Of a DNA stretch of 64,000 nt, positions 20,336-29,319 are shown in pieces; positions within the stretch are counted from its first letter, which is position 1, and each line of letters starts with the position of its first letter. Under the pieces are notes generated by a model that made no database searches, was not told the DNA's origin, and saw only the letters and a program-made list of their open reading frames with translations. This stretch comes from Bacteriovoracia bacterium. GTDB lineage: Bacteria > Bdellovibrionota > UBA1018 > CAIPTA01. Position numbers and translations under genes: made by a program. Location of the stretch: positions 128,001 to 192,000 of the forward strand of contig JBFWVL010000005.1 in the NCBI GenBank assembly GCA_050246755.1. The letters run 5' to 3'.

Positions 20336-21775
20336 TTAGAGCTGCGGCATGCGGAGGCCGTCAGGATCCACCGACATATTTTCAGTTCTGGTTGCCTTGT
20401 AGGCGATCAAGTCGTCGAGCCAGTAGTGCCATTCCGTAAAACGGCCGTCAGGCGACTCGCGCGTGAAAAGGTCTTCGAAAGAAACGATTGGGTAGGCAAG
20501 AGGCGATTTCTGCCTACGGCGTTGCTCTAGCTGCTCTTCAGTACCTACTGCCTCGGCTTTCAGCTTGATCTCTTGAAAGATAGGACCATTTATTAGGTTC
20601 AGCCAAGCATCGATCTGCTGGGTTGGGATATACCCGAGCTGAACTAAGCGATCCCTGAGATGGTTTGAGCTCAGTTTTTTACTTAGTTGCGAAATGGTGA
20701 ATCTTGCCCGCTCAGCAATAATCGCATTGAGTTCTCCGCGCAGTGCTTCGCGCTTCTCGGATGGCGGTAAGAGATCAACATAAGCTATGGCTTTATTCGC
20801 GTTGAATCGGCGCGTTTCGCGATTCTCCACACCATTTTCTCGCATGAGGGCGAGCACCTCAGCAGAGACTTCCCCTTCGGTGCGAGAACTAGGAGCAGCG
20901 CGGAAGCCATCGTCCATCCAGATCGGGGTTAGTTCTCGATCATAGGGATGAAGAATATAGGCCAATTCGGAAACCAGATGCAGTTGAGCGTAGGGATGCA
21001 GCTTCTGGATGGCGGGTGTGGAATCAACGAAGCCGATATCTTTCAATCTCTCAAGCACATCTACAATTCGCACATCGGGGGCGTTTTGCATCATCCAGCC
21101 CACTGCCAGGCGAGTGCGGCTACTATCGGTTTGGCCTAACTTCCGGCCCATGGCGTAGAGAAACTCATGGATAAAGAGGGCTGCCTTACTTTGCTCCGAA
21201 TGCTTGGGGTGGAAGAAAAGGCGGTCATCAATGAATAGGCGAAGATCAAAGCCCTCGCCCTCTTGCACGGCTAGCGGCACGAGAGTGCAATTCCCACCAA
21301 ATCGTATGGGAGTGCCTTCGTCGCCGAGGTGCACTAGGCTTGTGCCAGTCCATTCTATGTTTCGGCCGATGATATGGGTGAAGATGCTTTGGTAAGTATA
21401 AAGATAGTTACCGATCCCGCCTTCCAACGATGAGGAATGTGAGCCGATGGTATTATAGGCACGATCGGTGATGCGTTTTACGAAGCTCGTGTATTTCTCG
21501 CCTGGCATTGGCTCGGCAAGCGGAAGATTCGGAGTGCCTTCCATTCCGCGCGGGCGCTTCCATTCAAAGAGATCGAGCATCTCGATCGATTCGATATCAT
21601 TGAGCTCTTCAGCCATTACCATTCCGCTTCGCGCCTTTACGCGCGCAACGATATTTGGATCATTAAAGCAAACCACAGCCGAGCCGCCTCCACTGCTCCA
21701 AGAGCCAGCGAATGCGGAACCAGCAGTGGCGAACAGTATAAGTGAAAGTAGCAGGATGGATTTCTTAAGCTTCAT
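20336..21775 (-). CDS. Secreted hypothetical protein with GSxSSGGG N-terminal motif and IHE motif
   Basis: Signal peptide ending AFA, then GSWSSGGGSAVVC; LFIHEFLY. Confidence 0.75.
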   Translation of the reverse strand: MKLKKSILLLSLILFATAGSAFAGSWSSGGGSAVVCFNDPNIVARVKARSGMVMAEELNDIESIEMLDLFEWKRPRGMEGTPNLPLAEPMPGEKYTSFVKRITDRAYNTIGSHSSSLEGGIGNYLYTYQSIFTHIIGRNIEWTGTSLVHLGDEGTPIRFGGNCTLVPLAVQEGEGFDLRLFIDDRLFFHPKHSEQSKAALFIHEFLYAMGRKLGQTDSSRTRLAVGWMMQNAPDVRIVDVLERLKDIGFVDSTPAIQKLHPYAQLHLVSELAYILHPYDRELTPIWMDDGFRAAPSSRTEGEVSAEVLALMRENGVENRETRRFNANKAIAYVDLLPPSEKREALRGELNAIIAERARFTISQLSKKLSSNHLRDRLVQLGYIPTQQIDAWLNLINGPIFQEIKLKAEAVGTEEQLEQRRRQKSPLAYPIVSFEDLFTRESPDGRFTEWHYWLDDLIAYKATRTENMSVDPDGLRMPQL

Positions 21776-21912
21776 TTCGAACCCCTTCTATAGCTCATTC
21801 GACGCGCCACAACAATGGCCGACTTCGAGAGCCAACCTAACGAATAGGGGAGATGGAGTAAATTAAAAAGAAATCATTTTACATGCTGGAGTTTCTTTTT
21901 TAGAAACACCTA

Positions 21913-22737
21913 ATGAATATTTTCTCCCATGAATCCTATGTATCGCTCATTGAAGCTGCCGTGGAGGCGCGCAAAAAAACGGAACCGAGCTTTAGCTTTC
22001 AGAGACTGGCCACCATAGCCAATATCCAAAAATCTTATTTATCCAAGGTACTTCATGGCCGCGCTCATCTTAATTCGGATCAATTATATTCGATCGCGGA
22101 TTACCTCGGCTGGAAAGTGGAAGAGCAGTCGTTCGCCAATCTTCTGCTTGAACACAGTAGAAGCGGGCTAGCCACGCGCCGGAAGAAAATCGGCGAACAA
22201 ATTGCGGCCATCCGTGAGGCTAAACTGCAAACTAGTCATCATATCGAGGCCGGGGCCGTGAGTCTCTCCGCGGATGCCACGATGGAACTTTACCTACGGC
22301 CCTGGCTTCAGCTGGTGCACGTGGCCTTGGCGATTCCCCGGCTCCGTGCCTCATTGCCCAAGCTCGGCGAGTGTTTTGGACTAGAGCTCGAGGCAGTTAC
22401 CCAAGCGGTGGAACGGCTCACGCAGATAGGCATGGCAGAGTGGAAGGATAAAAAGATCGTACAAAAAAATCCCCACCTGCACTTGGGCAAAGACTCTCCC
22501 TACTATCAGGCATGGAGAAACCAGATGCGTATGATCTGCTTACAGCGCTTGCACTCTCACGAACAAGACGACGACTATAGCTTTAGTGTTACGTTTACCG
22601 CTGATCCCACAACGAGAAACTGGCTTCAGCAAGAGTTTCTGGCATTACTTTCGCGGGCGGAAACGCGCGTGAAAAATGCTGCGGATCAAGAAGTTTATCA
22701 GATGAACTTCGATCTCTTCCGCTGGACGAAAAAATAA
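21913..22737 (+). CDS. TIGR02147/DUF4423 family HTH protein (second copy)
   Basis: 274 aa, HTH LATIANIQKSYLSKVL, C-terminal VYQMNFDLF. Confidence 0.8.
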   Translation: MNIFSHESYVSLIEAAVEARKKTEPSFSFQRLATIANIQKSYLSKVLHGRAHLNSDQLYSIADYLGWKVEEQSFANLLLEHSRSGLATRRKKIGEQIAAIREAKLQTSHHIEAGAVSLSADATMELYLRPWLQLVHVALAIPRLRASLPKLGECFGLELEAVTQAVERLTQIGMAEWKDKKIVQKNPHLHLGKDSPYYQAWRNQMRMICLQRLHSHEQDDDYSFSVTFTADPTTRNWLQQEFLALLSRAETRVKNAADQEVYQMNFDLFRWTKK

Positions 22738-22746
22738 TATTTCAGA

Positions 22747-23007
22747 TTATCTGCGCTTGATCTTCTTCGAGCCACAAACCGAGCAATACCAACCGCAAAA
22801 TTTGATTGCTGAACCAATCCAGACGAATAGCCACAGACCGAACGAAACTAGGGTTAAGAGGAAATGGAGAACGTGATTGGTGCGCGCTTGCAGAATTCGA
22901 TATATTGTTTCCGAAGGGCAGGACGTAATGGATGCAGACAAGGAGATCGTGCAAAACGCACTCATTGAGCACATGGTTAAATTCGAGCGTGTTTTGAAGT
23001 CTCGCAT
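22747..23007 (-). CDS. Small membrane protein with C-terminal CxxC (possibly degenerate)
   Basis: TNHVLHFLLTLVSFGLWLFVW…YCSVCG; start uncertain. Confidence 0.45.
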   Translation of the reverse strand: MRDFKTRSNLTMCSMSAFCTISLSASITSCPSETIYRILQARTNHVLHFLLTLVSFGLWLFVWIGSAIKFCGWYCSVCGSKKIKRR

Positions 23008-23054
23008 TAAGGATTTGGAATTCGACTCTACCGATGCAGCTTAGCTAAAAAAGG

Positions 23055-24071
23055 TCAACTCAGGCTTTGGCTGGCTGCGATTGAATCGGTGATTACTTGT
23101 GAAAATCTCCCAAGAACATCCTCGTCAAACATCGAAGCTTTTCTTTTCAGTAGGCTTCTTTCCGGTCTGCTGATGTCGAGATGAGCTCTTAGAAATTCAT
23201 GCGCCTTACATGGAATGATTTCTTGGAGGACTGGGTATTGCTGTTTGATTAGCGCAATCTGCTCCTCGCCAAGCCCGAATCCTGTTCCCACCACAAACTG
23301 CCCATGCCCGGAATTAAAATCGTAGCCAAGCACATTCATATTTGCCTCGTGGTAGGCCACACCCAAAAAAACGATCGTATTCGAAGCTTTTAGAATTTCG
23401 CCCAGCTCTTTTCGGGGCTCAATATCATCTCCGATGAAGTCAAAGTTTGACGCACGAAAGAGGTTTTCGAAGACCTCATCATCCCTCATGGTTTGCTCAA
23501 TCCTGATCTCCAGCGAGCCGTCATTGGGGAATTCGTAATGAAACTCCCCACTGTACATATTTTCAGTTCCGTAATTGTGATAGCGCCGTGGATTGCGTTG
23601 CCGATTTAGGTCCTCGTGTCCGAGTGGGGCTAGGCGTCCATGAACGTGGATAATTTGTGCCCTGATCTTGTTCCGCTGATCTGTTTCGATTGAATTTAGG
23701 CGGTGAACCAAATAGGGAAGGCTACGGTCGTAGTTGTAGGTAATGATATTTACTTGATCGCCCTTTGATTCTGCTTTGGCGACCTGCCGTAAAAGAAGCT
23801 TATAGGTGTTGTCGTCGTTTCTAACTAGCTTTTGTACGTCTTCGCGGTCCCGAAGTATTTTCGCAACGATTCTACGGATTCTGTCTGCGTGCTTACTATA
23901 TCTCTTGGCGACTTCATCGACGGTCAGCGCGTAGCTGATCTGTAGGATTTCTTTTAGTTCCTTTTCCCGATCTTCGAGCTCATTCACGATCAGATTGCGA
24001 AGTTCCGTGCCGTCCGGGAAGCCGTATTCTTTGCCGAGTCCGGCTCCTAAAATAAAAGTTGTGGTCGCCAT
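23055..24071 (-). CDS. SIR2-like (SIR2_2/AbiH-like) protein, candidate anti-phage NADase
   Basis: FILGAG, IITYNYD, HVHG and VFLG motifs. Confidence 0.75.
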   Translation of the reverse strand: MATTTFILGAGLGKEYGFPDGTELRNLIVNELEDREKELKEILQISYALTVDEVAKRYSKHADRIRRIVAKILRDREDVQKLVRNDDNTYKLLLRQVAKAESKGDQVNIITYNYDRSLPYLVHRLNSIETDQRNKIRAQIIHVHGRLAPLGHEDLNRQRNPRRYHNYGTENMYSGEFHYEFPNDGSLEIRIEQTMRDDEVFENLFRASNFDFIGDDIEPRKELGEILKASNTIVFLGVAYHEANMNVLGYDFNSGHGQFVVGTGFGLGEEQIALIKQQYPVLQEIIPCKAHEFLRAHLDISRPERSLLKRKASMFDEDVLGRFSQVITDSIAASQSLS

Positions 24072-24123
24072 GTTAGAGTCTCGTTTAACTTTTTAACCTT
24101 TGAAGAAAATTTTTCTCTTCTAC

Positions 24124-24155
24124 AAAAACAAAAACCCCCGAATTATCGGAGGTTT
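24124..24155 (-). terminator. Intrinsic terminator just downstream of the tRNA 3' fragment
   Basis: Minus strand CCTCCGA-TAAT-TCGGGGG followed by TTTTTGTTTTT. Confidence 0.7.
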
Positions 24156-24179
24156 GTAGAAATCTCAAAGGTTAAAAAG

Positions 24180-24194
24180 TGGTTGCGGGGGCCG
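24180..24194 (-). repeat. att core: duplicated 3' end of initiator tRNA-Met
   Basis: Minus strand CGGCCCCCGCAACCA matches the canonical tRNA-fMet 3' end including CCA. No cloverleaf upstream. It lies 85 bp from the integrase stop. Confidence 0.8.
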
Positions 24195-24279
24195 ACCCTC
24201 AGTAACTTCAAGGGGTTAAATACCCTAGAAGCCACCGGAAGCCAATCTCCCGCATCTTCAGTTAAAAAGACTGCCTTAG

Positions 24280-25545
24280 TCATACTTGCTGAAGTTTCCT
24301 TGTGGCAAGAGGTTCTACGCTCTTCATTTCCTGCTCCGTTGGCCGGTAATGTTCGCCCACGGCCTGCATCATCGTTCGATTCGGACTGATCTGAGCCTCG
24401 GGGCTCGAAAAATCCAGGGCATCGGTCACGCCTTTGACGTTGATGCCTGAGAGCCGAACGTAATGGGTCATAGACTTCATATCCGCCCAACCGCCGACGG
24501 CCTGAACCTTAATTTGCGGCACGCCGCGCCTTAAGAGTTCCGTCGCGAAGCAGGCCCGAAGAGAGTGAAAGCAGATCGTCGAAATGCCGATCTCTTTGCA
24601 AAACTCCCTCAGCACCTTGGCCTGATAGCCATTTTGCCAAGTCCCAGGACGCGGAAGCACAAACTCAGACTGTGCCTTACTCGTCCTTGTGACCTCGTGG
24701 ATGTGCCAGCGCTTTAGCTCCTGAATCACTTCAAGAAGCGGCTGACAAATCGGAATCTCTCTCGATTCCCCAGTCTTCGTCTCTTTGTATTCTCTCGTCC
24801 GTTTGTTGTAGGACTGCTGAACACGAATCAACGGACTGTTTTCATCCATATCGAGGTCCGACCACTTCAGCGCGTAGAGTTCGCCGTTTCTCAAGCCCGT
24901 ATAAACCGCAAAAGACCAAATAAAGTACCACTGCGGCTCATACATTTTGGCGTAGACGAGGAGCTTTTTGATCTCCTCGCGGCTCAAGATTTCATCGCGC
25001 TTTCGTCGTCTCGACTTGATCGAGATGCCGGTCGTCGGGTTTCTCGAAATGCCTTTGATCTCGTGCAAGAGCGCAAGATCGAAGACCTTCCGTAAGTCGC
25101 CCAAGAAGCGAACGACCGTGGACCCAGCGAGCCCATCGGCTTCGAGCTTGTGAAGTAGCCTCGTCACGTTGACGGGAGCTATTTCCGAAGCTCTTAAGTC
25201 CAACCACTCCGTAGTGAAGCGATTGAGGCTTGAGAGCGAATCCTTAAAGCAGGGTTCGCGCTGCGACCAAGTGCCGTTTTTTAGACCCTTGAAACCTTCA
25301 GTTTCGTAAAATTCTAGTAACCGCCGCCAAGACATTCCTAACGATTCAGTCTCATAAACCAGCCTGTCGGCTTCGCGCTGAAGCCTTGCTTCTTCGCGAA
25401 CCGCTTTCTCCTCAGTCATCTTTTCGTCGATGACATCGTAGCGCTGTTTTTTCTGTTTCCGGACCGTTGGATCAATCTTGCTTCTTACATTGACCGTAAT
25501 CATACATTTCTTACGGCCTTCTTCTTCGTACCAAGTTATCGCCAT
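24280..25545 (-). CDS. int: Tyrosine recombinase/integrase
   Basis: TGLRNGEL, FHSLR, GGW and MTHY catalytic motifs. Confidence 0.95.
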   Translation of the reverse strand: MAITWYEEEGRKKCMITVNVRSKIDPTVRKQKKQRYDVIDEKMTEEKAVREEARLQREADRLVYETESLGMSWRRLLEFYETEGFKGLKNGTWSQREPCFKDSLSSLNRFTTEWLDLRASEIAPVNVTRLLHKLEADGLAGSTVVRFLGDLRKVFDLALLHEIKGISRNPTTGISIKSRRRKRDEILSREEIKKLLVYAKMYEPQWYFIWSFAVYTGLRNGELYALKWSDLDMDENSPLIRVQQSYNKRTREYKETKTGESREIPICQPLLEVIQELKRWHIHEVTRTSKAQSEFVLPRPGTWQNGYQAKVLREFCKEIGISTICFHSLRACFATELLRRGVPQIKVQAVGGWADMKSMTHYVRLSGINVKGVTDALDFSSPEAQISPNRTMMQAVGEHYRPTEQEMKSVEPLATRKLQQV

Positions 25546-25548
25546 GTT

Positions 25549-25782
25549 CTATCTCCCTTCGTTGGAGACGCCCACTAGGCGATCAAGGTCCTTTTTCAGA
25601 AACCGATTGAGCTTGCCGAATTTTTTCGGGAAAACTTCTCCGCGATAAATTCGGTTCTTCAAGCTGCCAATCGAAATCCTTAAGTAAGCAGCGGCTTCCT
25701 TTGTAGACAGCCATATTAACTTGTCAAAGAACTCAGGCGTTTGTCCGCAATTTGGACAAACAATTCCTATCGAATTGACCAT
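25549..25782 (-). CDS. xis: Excisionase-like HTH_17 protein
   Basis: WLSTKEAAAYLRIS…KFGKLNRF, directly upstream of int. Confidence 0.8.
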   Translation of the reverse strand: MVNSIGIVCPNCGQTPEFFDKLIWLSTKEAAAYLRISIGSLKNRIYRGEVFPKKFGKLNRFLKKDLDRLVGVSNEGR

Positions 25783-25841
25783 AGCAAACTCCTCTGAAAA
25801 TTCAATTCAAAACGATTTTTTTGCGCTGAATTTTTCATGCG

Positions 25842-26240
25842 TTACGCTTCGATTTTTCGCTCGGATACTGCTGCATTTTCGTCTTTGTTTTTTGCAGCAT
25901 CGGCGCGCAAAATTTGCGGCACTGCTTGTGCGGAAATGACGCCAAGAAATTCGTCCATCGTGATCGTGCCGAACTTCGCGCAGTATGCTTTGAAGTTCTG
26001 CTCCAGGCGGTCACGGCCCGAGAGACTTGCTTCCTGAAGCTCCAGCACGTCTTTGGCCGTGAGTTTCGGAAGAAGTACACCAAGGAGCGCGTCTATCTTG
26101 ACGCGTTTGCCTTGGGCCTTCTTGTTGATCTTGGCGAGTTCCGCGAGCAGTCGCTTTCGCGTATCGTTTGAAACGCGAATTGCGGAAGAAGACGATTTCT
26201 TGGCCTGCTTCGCAGGCTTTTGTGCATTGGTGGATTCCAT
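25842..26240 (-). CDS. Basic hypothetical protein, possible RHH DNA-binding protein
   Basis: GGAG RBS; AIRVSNDTRKRL strand-helix start. Confidence 0.6.
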   Translation of the reverse strand: MESTNAQKPAKQAKKSSSSAIRVSNDTRKRLLAELAKINKKAQGKRVKIDALLGVLLPKLTAKDVLELQEASLSGRDRLEQNFKAYCAKFGTITMDEFLGVISAQAVPQILRADAAKNKDENAAVSERKIEA

Positions 26241-26341
26241 AAACGGATTACTCCAGTTCGTGAAACCCCCGCCGCCGTTTGTGGTAGGTCGAGGATTGAA
26301 TTTTGTGCGCCTCGCGCTTGTGCCGCGTGGGCGAAAACTAA

Positions 26342-28186
26342 CTACAGACTGAAATCAGGGCCGCGCGCTTTGCTGCGCGCTCGCCCAGGCTCAAACGCCT
26401 GAACGTGTATGTCGAACGGGTTGAACCGTTCTTGGAACTTTTGCTGCGCCTTCTGGTCGTGCTCTCGCTCTTCCGCTCGCGCGGAATGCGCAAGATGCAC
26501 TTCCGAAATGTGGCGATTCGTAGCTAAAAGCTCATCGAGCCTGTGATGCGAACCCGCATCCAGCATTGCGAAATGGCTGGCTCCTCCTGCTGGAGAAACC
26601 GCGCCTTTTCCGTGCTGCAAAATGAATTCAAACGGATCGCGGTGGACGACGATTTGTTTTCCCTTTCCAATCGACTCAAAGAAGGCGCCAGACGGCTTGC
26701 CGTGGCGCTTGCCGCGCCACTGGCCGTTTGGCTCTTCACGAAACTCCATCGCCGATTCGTTCTTTTCTCCCATGAGCCAAATGCTGCGGTCGTGGCCGAC
26801 GTGCAGCCGATCGCTCTTAAGGAGCGTGTCGGCTGCGTCGCTCGCCATGCCACGCGCACGCGTAAACGCCGCCAGCGTTTTGCGTGCCTCGGGCGGCGAT
26901 GCCGCCCTCGGTTTTGGCACAAAGAAGGATTGAAACCCGCGCTTGTATTCGCCCATGACAGGCTCAAGTAGCAAGAGCCTCGGGTTCTTATTGATTTTCG
27001 CAACTGCGCGCAAATAGCTGGTCTCGTCGTGAATCGCAACGAAATCAATAATGGTGCCCTTCGTTTGGTTCTTCGTGTTCGTCCACTCGGAATTTCCGAG
27101 CACGACGAATTCTTTTCCGGCGAGCACCGTCTGACCTTTAGCATTCTGCTTTGTCTTGATCTTGTGTTCCGCGCAGTAGTCGAAAATGCTCATTTCGCGC
27201 GCTCGTTTCATCTCCTGATATAAAACGCCGCCGCGCTCATCAAAAATTGCAGGCAGATCAGCGCGAGCACGACTACGCTCAATTTTCGTAAACTGCCCAT
27301 AATCCTTGCTTCCGCCGCGTTGGTGGCTTCTTGATTCCAAAAGTAGATCGCTTGGAGTTCCCAGAGGATTTCCTTTTCCGTCAAAGGCGGCTCCAATGTC
27401 GGATCGGATTCGTTCTCGCAGGCCTGGCTGTTGTGCGAATTTTTCATCGTTCTCCTTGAAGACTTTCATCAAGCCTTCTTTGTCAAACTTGGTTCCCAGA
27501 CTTTTCCCGCGAACGCCCTTCGTGCGTTCACCGTAAAAGTAGGTAATGTTTTTGTCTTCAATGTGAGCGTCCACCCCGAGCGTTTTCAATTGGCCGCGAA
27601 GCTCATCGAAGCTTGTGCTTGCCGATCTTGCGTAGTCGATCTTATCGACCATATCGAGCACCCAAGATTTCTTTCCCTTCGCGATTAGTTTTCGGACGCC
27701 ATCGGGTAACTTCGCTTCGAGGTCCTTCGTGCGCTTCTGCATTTCGCGCATCCCATTTTCTCTCGCTAGTTCGTTGCTTATGTCGTGGAGCTTTTTTAGC
27801 TCTTTACGCGTATGAACGAGACCCTTTCCGGTTTGAGAATTGATCGCACAAATAACGATATGGTTGTGAACGTGGTCCTTGTCTGTGTGCGTGACCACCC
27901 AGGCCATGTGGCCGGGTGCCCACCGCTCGGCAAGTGTTTTCCCGAGCGCATTGAACTCTTCTATCGTTTTCATTCCGGCTTCTTCTGGATGCCAAGATTG
28001 ATAGATCGTGTACGCGAGGTTCTTTACGCGGCTCTGCGGGAATCGTGAATGCTCATTGCGAATCTCTTGAGCCATATTTTCTCCGGCCCCGTCGGGGTTA
28101 GAGACTTCGATGCCTTTCTCTTCCTTCGTGATGTATCGCGCGTAATCGTCCAAATCGTCCACCTTTTGAAATTCAACGTATGGCAT
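26342..28186 (-). CDS. MOBP-type (MobA/VirD2) relaxase with C-terminal primase-like extension
   Basis: N-terminal Tyr (YARYI), QSWHP and HTDKDHVHNHIV 3H motif; GTIIDFV in the C-terminal half. Confidence 0.9.
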   Translation of the reverse strand: MPYVEFQKVDDLDDYARYITKEEKGIEVSNPDGAGENMAQEIRNEHSRFPQSRVKNLAYTIYQSWHPEEAGMKTIEEFNALGKTLAERWAPGHMAWVVTHTDKDHVHNHIVICAINSQTGKGLVHTRKELKKLHDISNELARENGMREMQKRTKDLEAKLPDGVRKLIAKGKKSWVLDMVDKIDYARSASTSFDELRGQLKTLGVDAHIEDKNITYFYGERTKGVRGKSLGTKFDKEGLMKVFKENDEKFAQQPGLRERIRSDIGAAFDGKGNPLGTPSDLLLESRSHQRGGSKDYGQFTKIERSRARADLPAIFDERGGVLYQEMKRAREMSIFDYCAEHKIKTKQNAKGQTVLAGKEFVVLGNSEWTNTKNQTKGTIIDFVAIHDETSYLRAVAKINKNPRLLLLEPVMGEYKRGFQSFFVPKPRAASPPEARKTLAAFTRARGMASDAADTLLKSDRLHVGHDRSIWLMGEKNESAMEFREEPNGQWRGKRHGKPSGAFFESIGKGKQIVVHRDPFEFILQHGKGAVSPAGGASHFAMLDAGSHHRLDELLATNRHISEVHLAHSARAEEREHDQKAQQKFQERFNPFDIHVQAFEPGRARSKARGPDFSL

Positions 28187-28526
28187 GGTTCACCGAAAAG
28201 ATGCTTCGGAGCTCGACGAGCTGGCGCGCAATTGCGCTCAAGGCCTGACTCCATCCGGTCATCAGGCCCGAGTTCATTTTATGCGCGATCTGGTTCACAT
28301 TATTGCCGATGCGTTTCAGCTCAGTGATGATGCGATCTGCGTGCTCGCGGTCGTAGAGCGGGCGTTCAAGATCGACGCGATTGAACGTATTTCTCCTGAG
28401 AATTTCTGCGCGCGAGAATCCGGTCGCATGCTCCATTTTCTGAATCCTTGCGTATTCCAGTTCAGACACGCGCACGCAAATCCGTGGGCCGCGTTCGCTC
28501 TCTGGTTTGTGTTTCCGTTCGGTCAT
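28173..28526 (-). CDS. mobC: MobC relaxosome accessory protein
   Basis: RHH N-terminus and ELKRIGNNVNQIAH signature. Confidence 0.9.
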   Translation of the reverse strand: MTERKHKPESERGPRICVRVSELEYARIQKMEHATGFSRAEILRRNTFNRVDLERPLYDREHADRIITELKRIGNNVNQIAHKMNSGLMTGWSQALSAIARQLVELRSIFSVNHAIR

Positions 28527-28635
28527 GGTCGTTTTCCTTTTGATTGAAAAGGAATCCTCGCTTGTCGTCGGACCCCGAATTGCCTTGCTTCATTTTTCCC
28601 TTCCCTGCGGGATCGGGACGCCCTCTATCTGGCGT

Positions 28636-28815
28636 TCACTTGAACGCGGCGATGAGTGCTTTGAAAATCGTTGTGAGCCAGCCTTTGACCTCCTCGTGAT
28701 CGACTCCGGTTTGAGCCGCGGCTTTCGCCGCGTCCTTGACCGTCGCTCCGAGTTCGCCAGCGGCGCGTACAACTTCTTCGCCTGCATCAACGCTCGCTTC
28801 TTGCACTTCGCTCAA
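28636..28815 (-). CDS. Unannotated 59-aa protein (below the ORF-track cutoff)
   Basis: AAGGAGGTG RBS, TTG start; MSEVQEASVDAGEEVVRAAGELGATVKDAAKAAAQTGVDHEEVKGWLTTIFKALIAAFK. Confidence 0.65.
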   Translation of the reverse strand: MSEVQEASVDAGEEVVRAAGELGATVKDAAKAAAQTGVDHEEVKGWLTTIFKALIAAFK

Positions 28816-29152
28816 TTTCCACCTCCTTTTCGTCTTGTTTCATTAGTTTCATCGTCACGATCTCGTTTGCTTTGATGATCTCGTCGAGAGCGAGTGCGAG
28901 GTGCGCTTCGGCTTTCTTCAAGCTCTCGCTTTGAAGGACAGCCTGACTGACCTCTGGTTGCGCACGCTCTAACTTCACCTTTTGCAGAAGCACATTTTCC
29001 TTCGTCAGAATCTCGTGAACGGTTTGCTCCTTTCGGTCGATGCTGGCGCAGCCTGTGAGTAGAACCTGTAAGGTCAAACCTGCGGTGATTAGAATTGGAA
29101 TCGTTCGTTTTAAAAGTTGGTCTGTGCTGTTAATAAATTTGGGTTGTTGCAT
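28787..29152 (-). CDS. Lipoprotein, candidate entry-exclusion protein
   Basis: AAAGGAG RBS before ATG 29152, lipobox LTGC, lies downstream of traG. Confidence 0.65.
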   Translation of the reverse strand: MQQPKFINSTDQLLKRTIPILITAGLTLQVLLTGCASIDRKEQTVHEILTKENVLLQKVKLERAQPEVSQAVLQSESLKKAEAHLALALDEIIKANEIVTMKLMKQDEKEVEIERSARSER

Positions 29153-29208
29153 TTTTCTCCTTTGGTTTGTTTGGTTTCTTGTTTGCTTCTTTTTTGGGCA
29201 TTTTGGGT

Positions 29209-29302
29209 CCGGGCAAGATAGTGTGTGGGCGCCCACCACACGAAAAAAAGTGAGGGCCTTGCCCCCACACCCCCACGGGAGGGCGCTTGCAGCGCCCTCC
29301 CG
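29209..29302 (-). other. Putative oriT with IncP-like nic site and hairpins
   Basis: Minus strand CTATCTTG^CCCGG (RP4 is CTATCCTG^CCCGG); adjacent IR at 29221-29241; perfect 12-bp hairpin at 29276-29302. Confidence 0.75.
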
Positions 29303-29319
29303 AAATACAAAGAGCGGGT

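Noticed and set aside
24180-24260. Complete tRNA-Met gene
   Set aside because: Only the last 15 nt match; no T-loop GGTTC or cloverleaf upstream, so it is called an att core.
28590-28790. 66-aa track ORF MMQAKKLY…
   Set aside because: The overlapping frame 28636-28815 has a much better RBS and a more protein-like composition.
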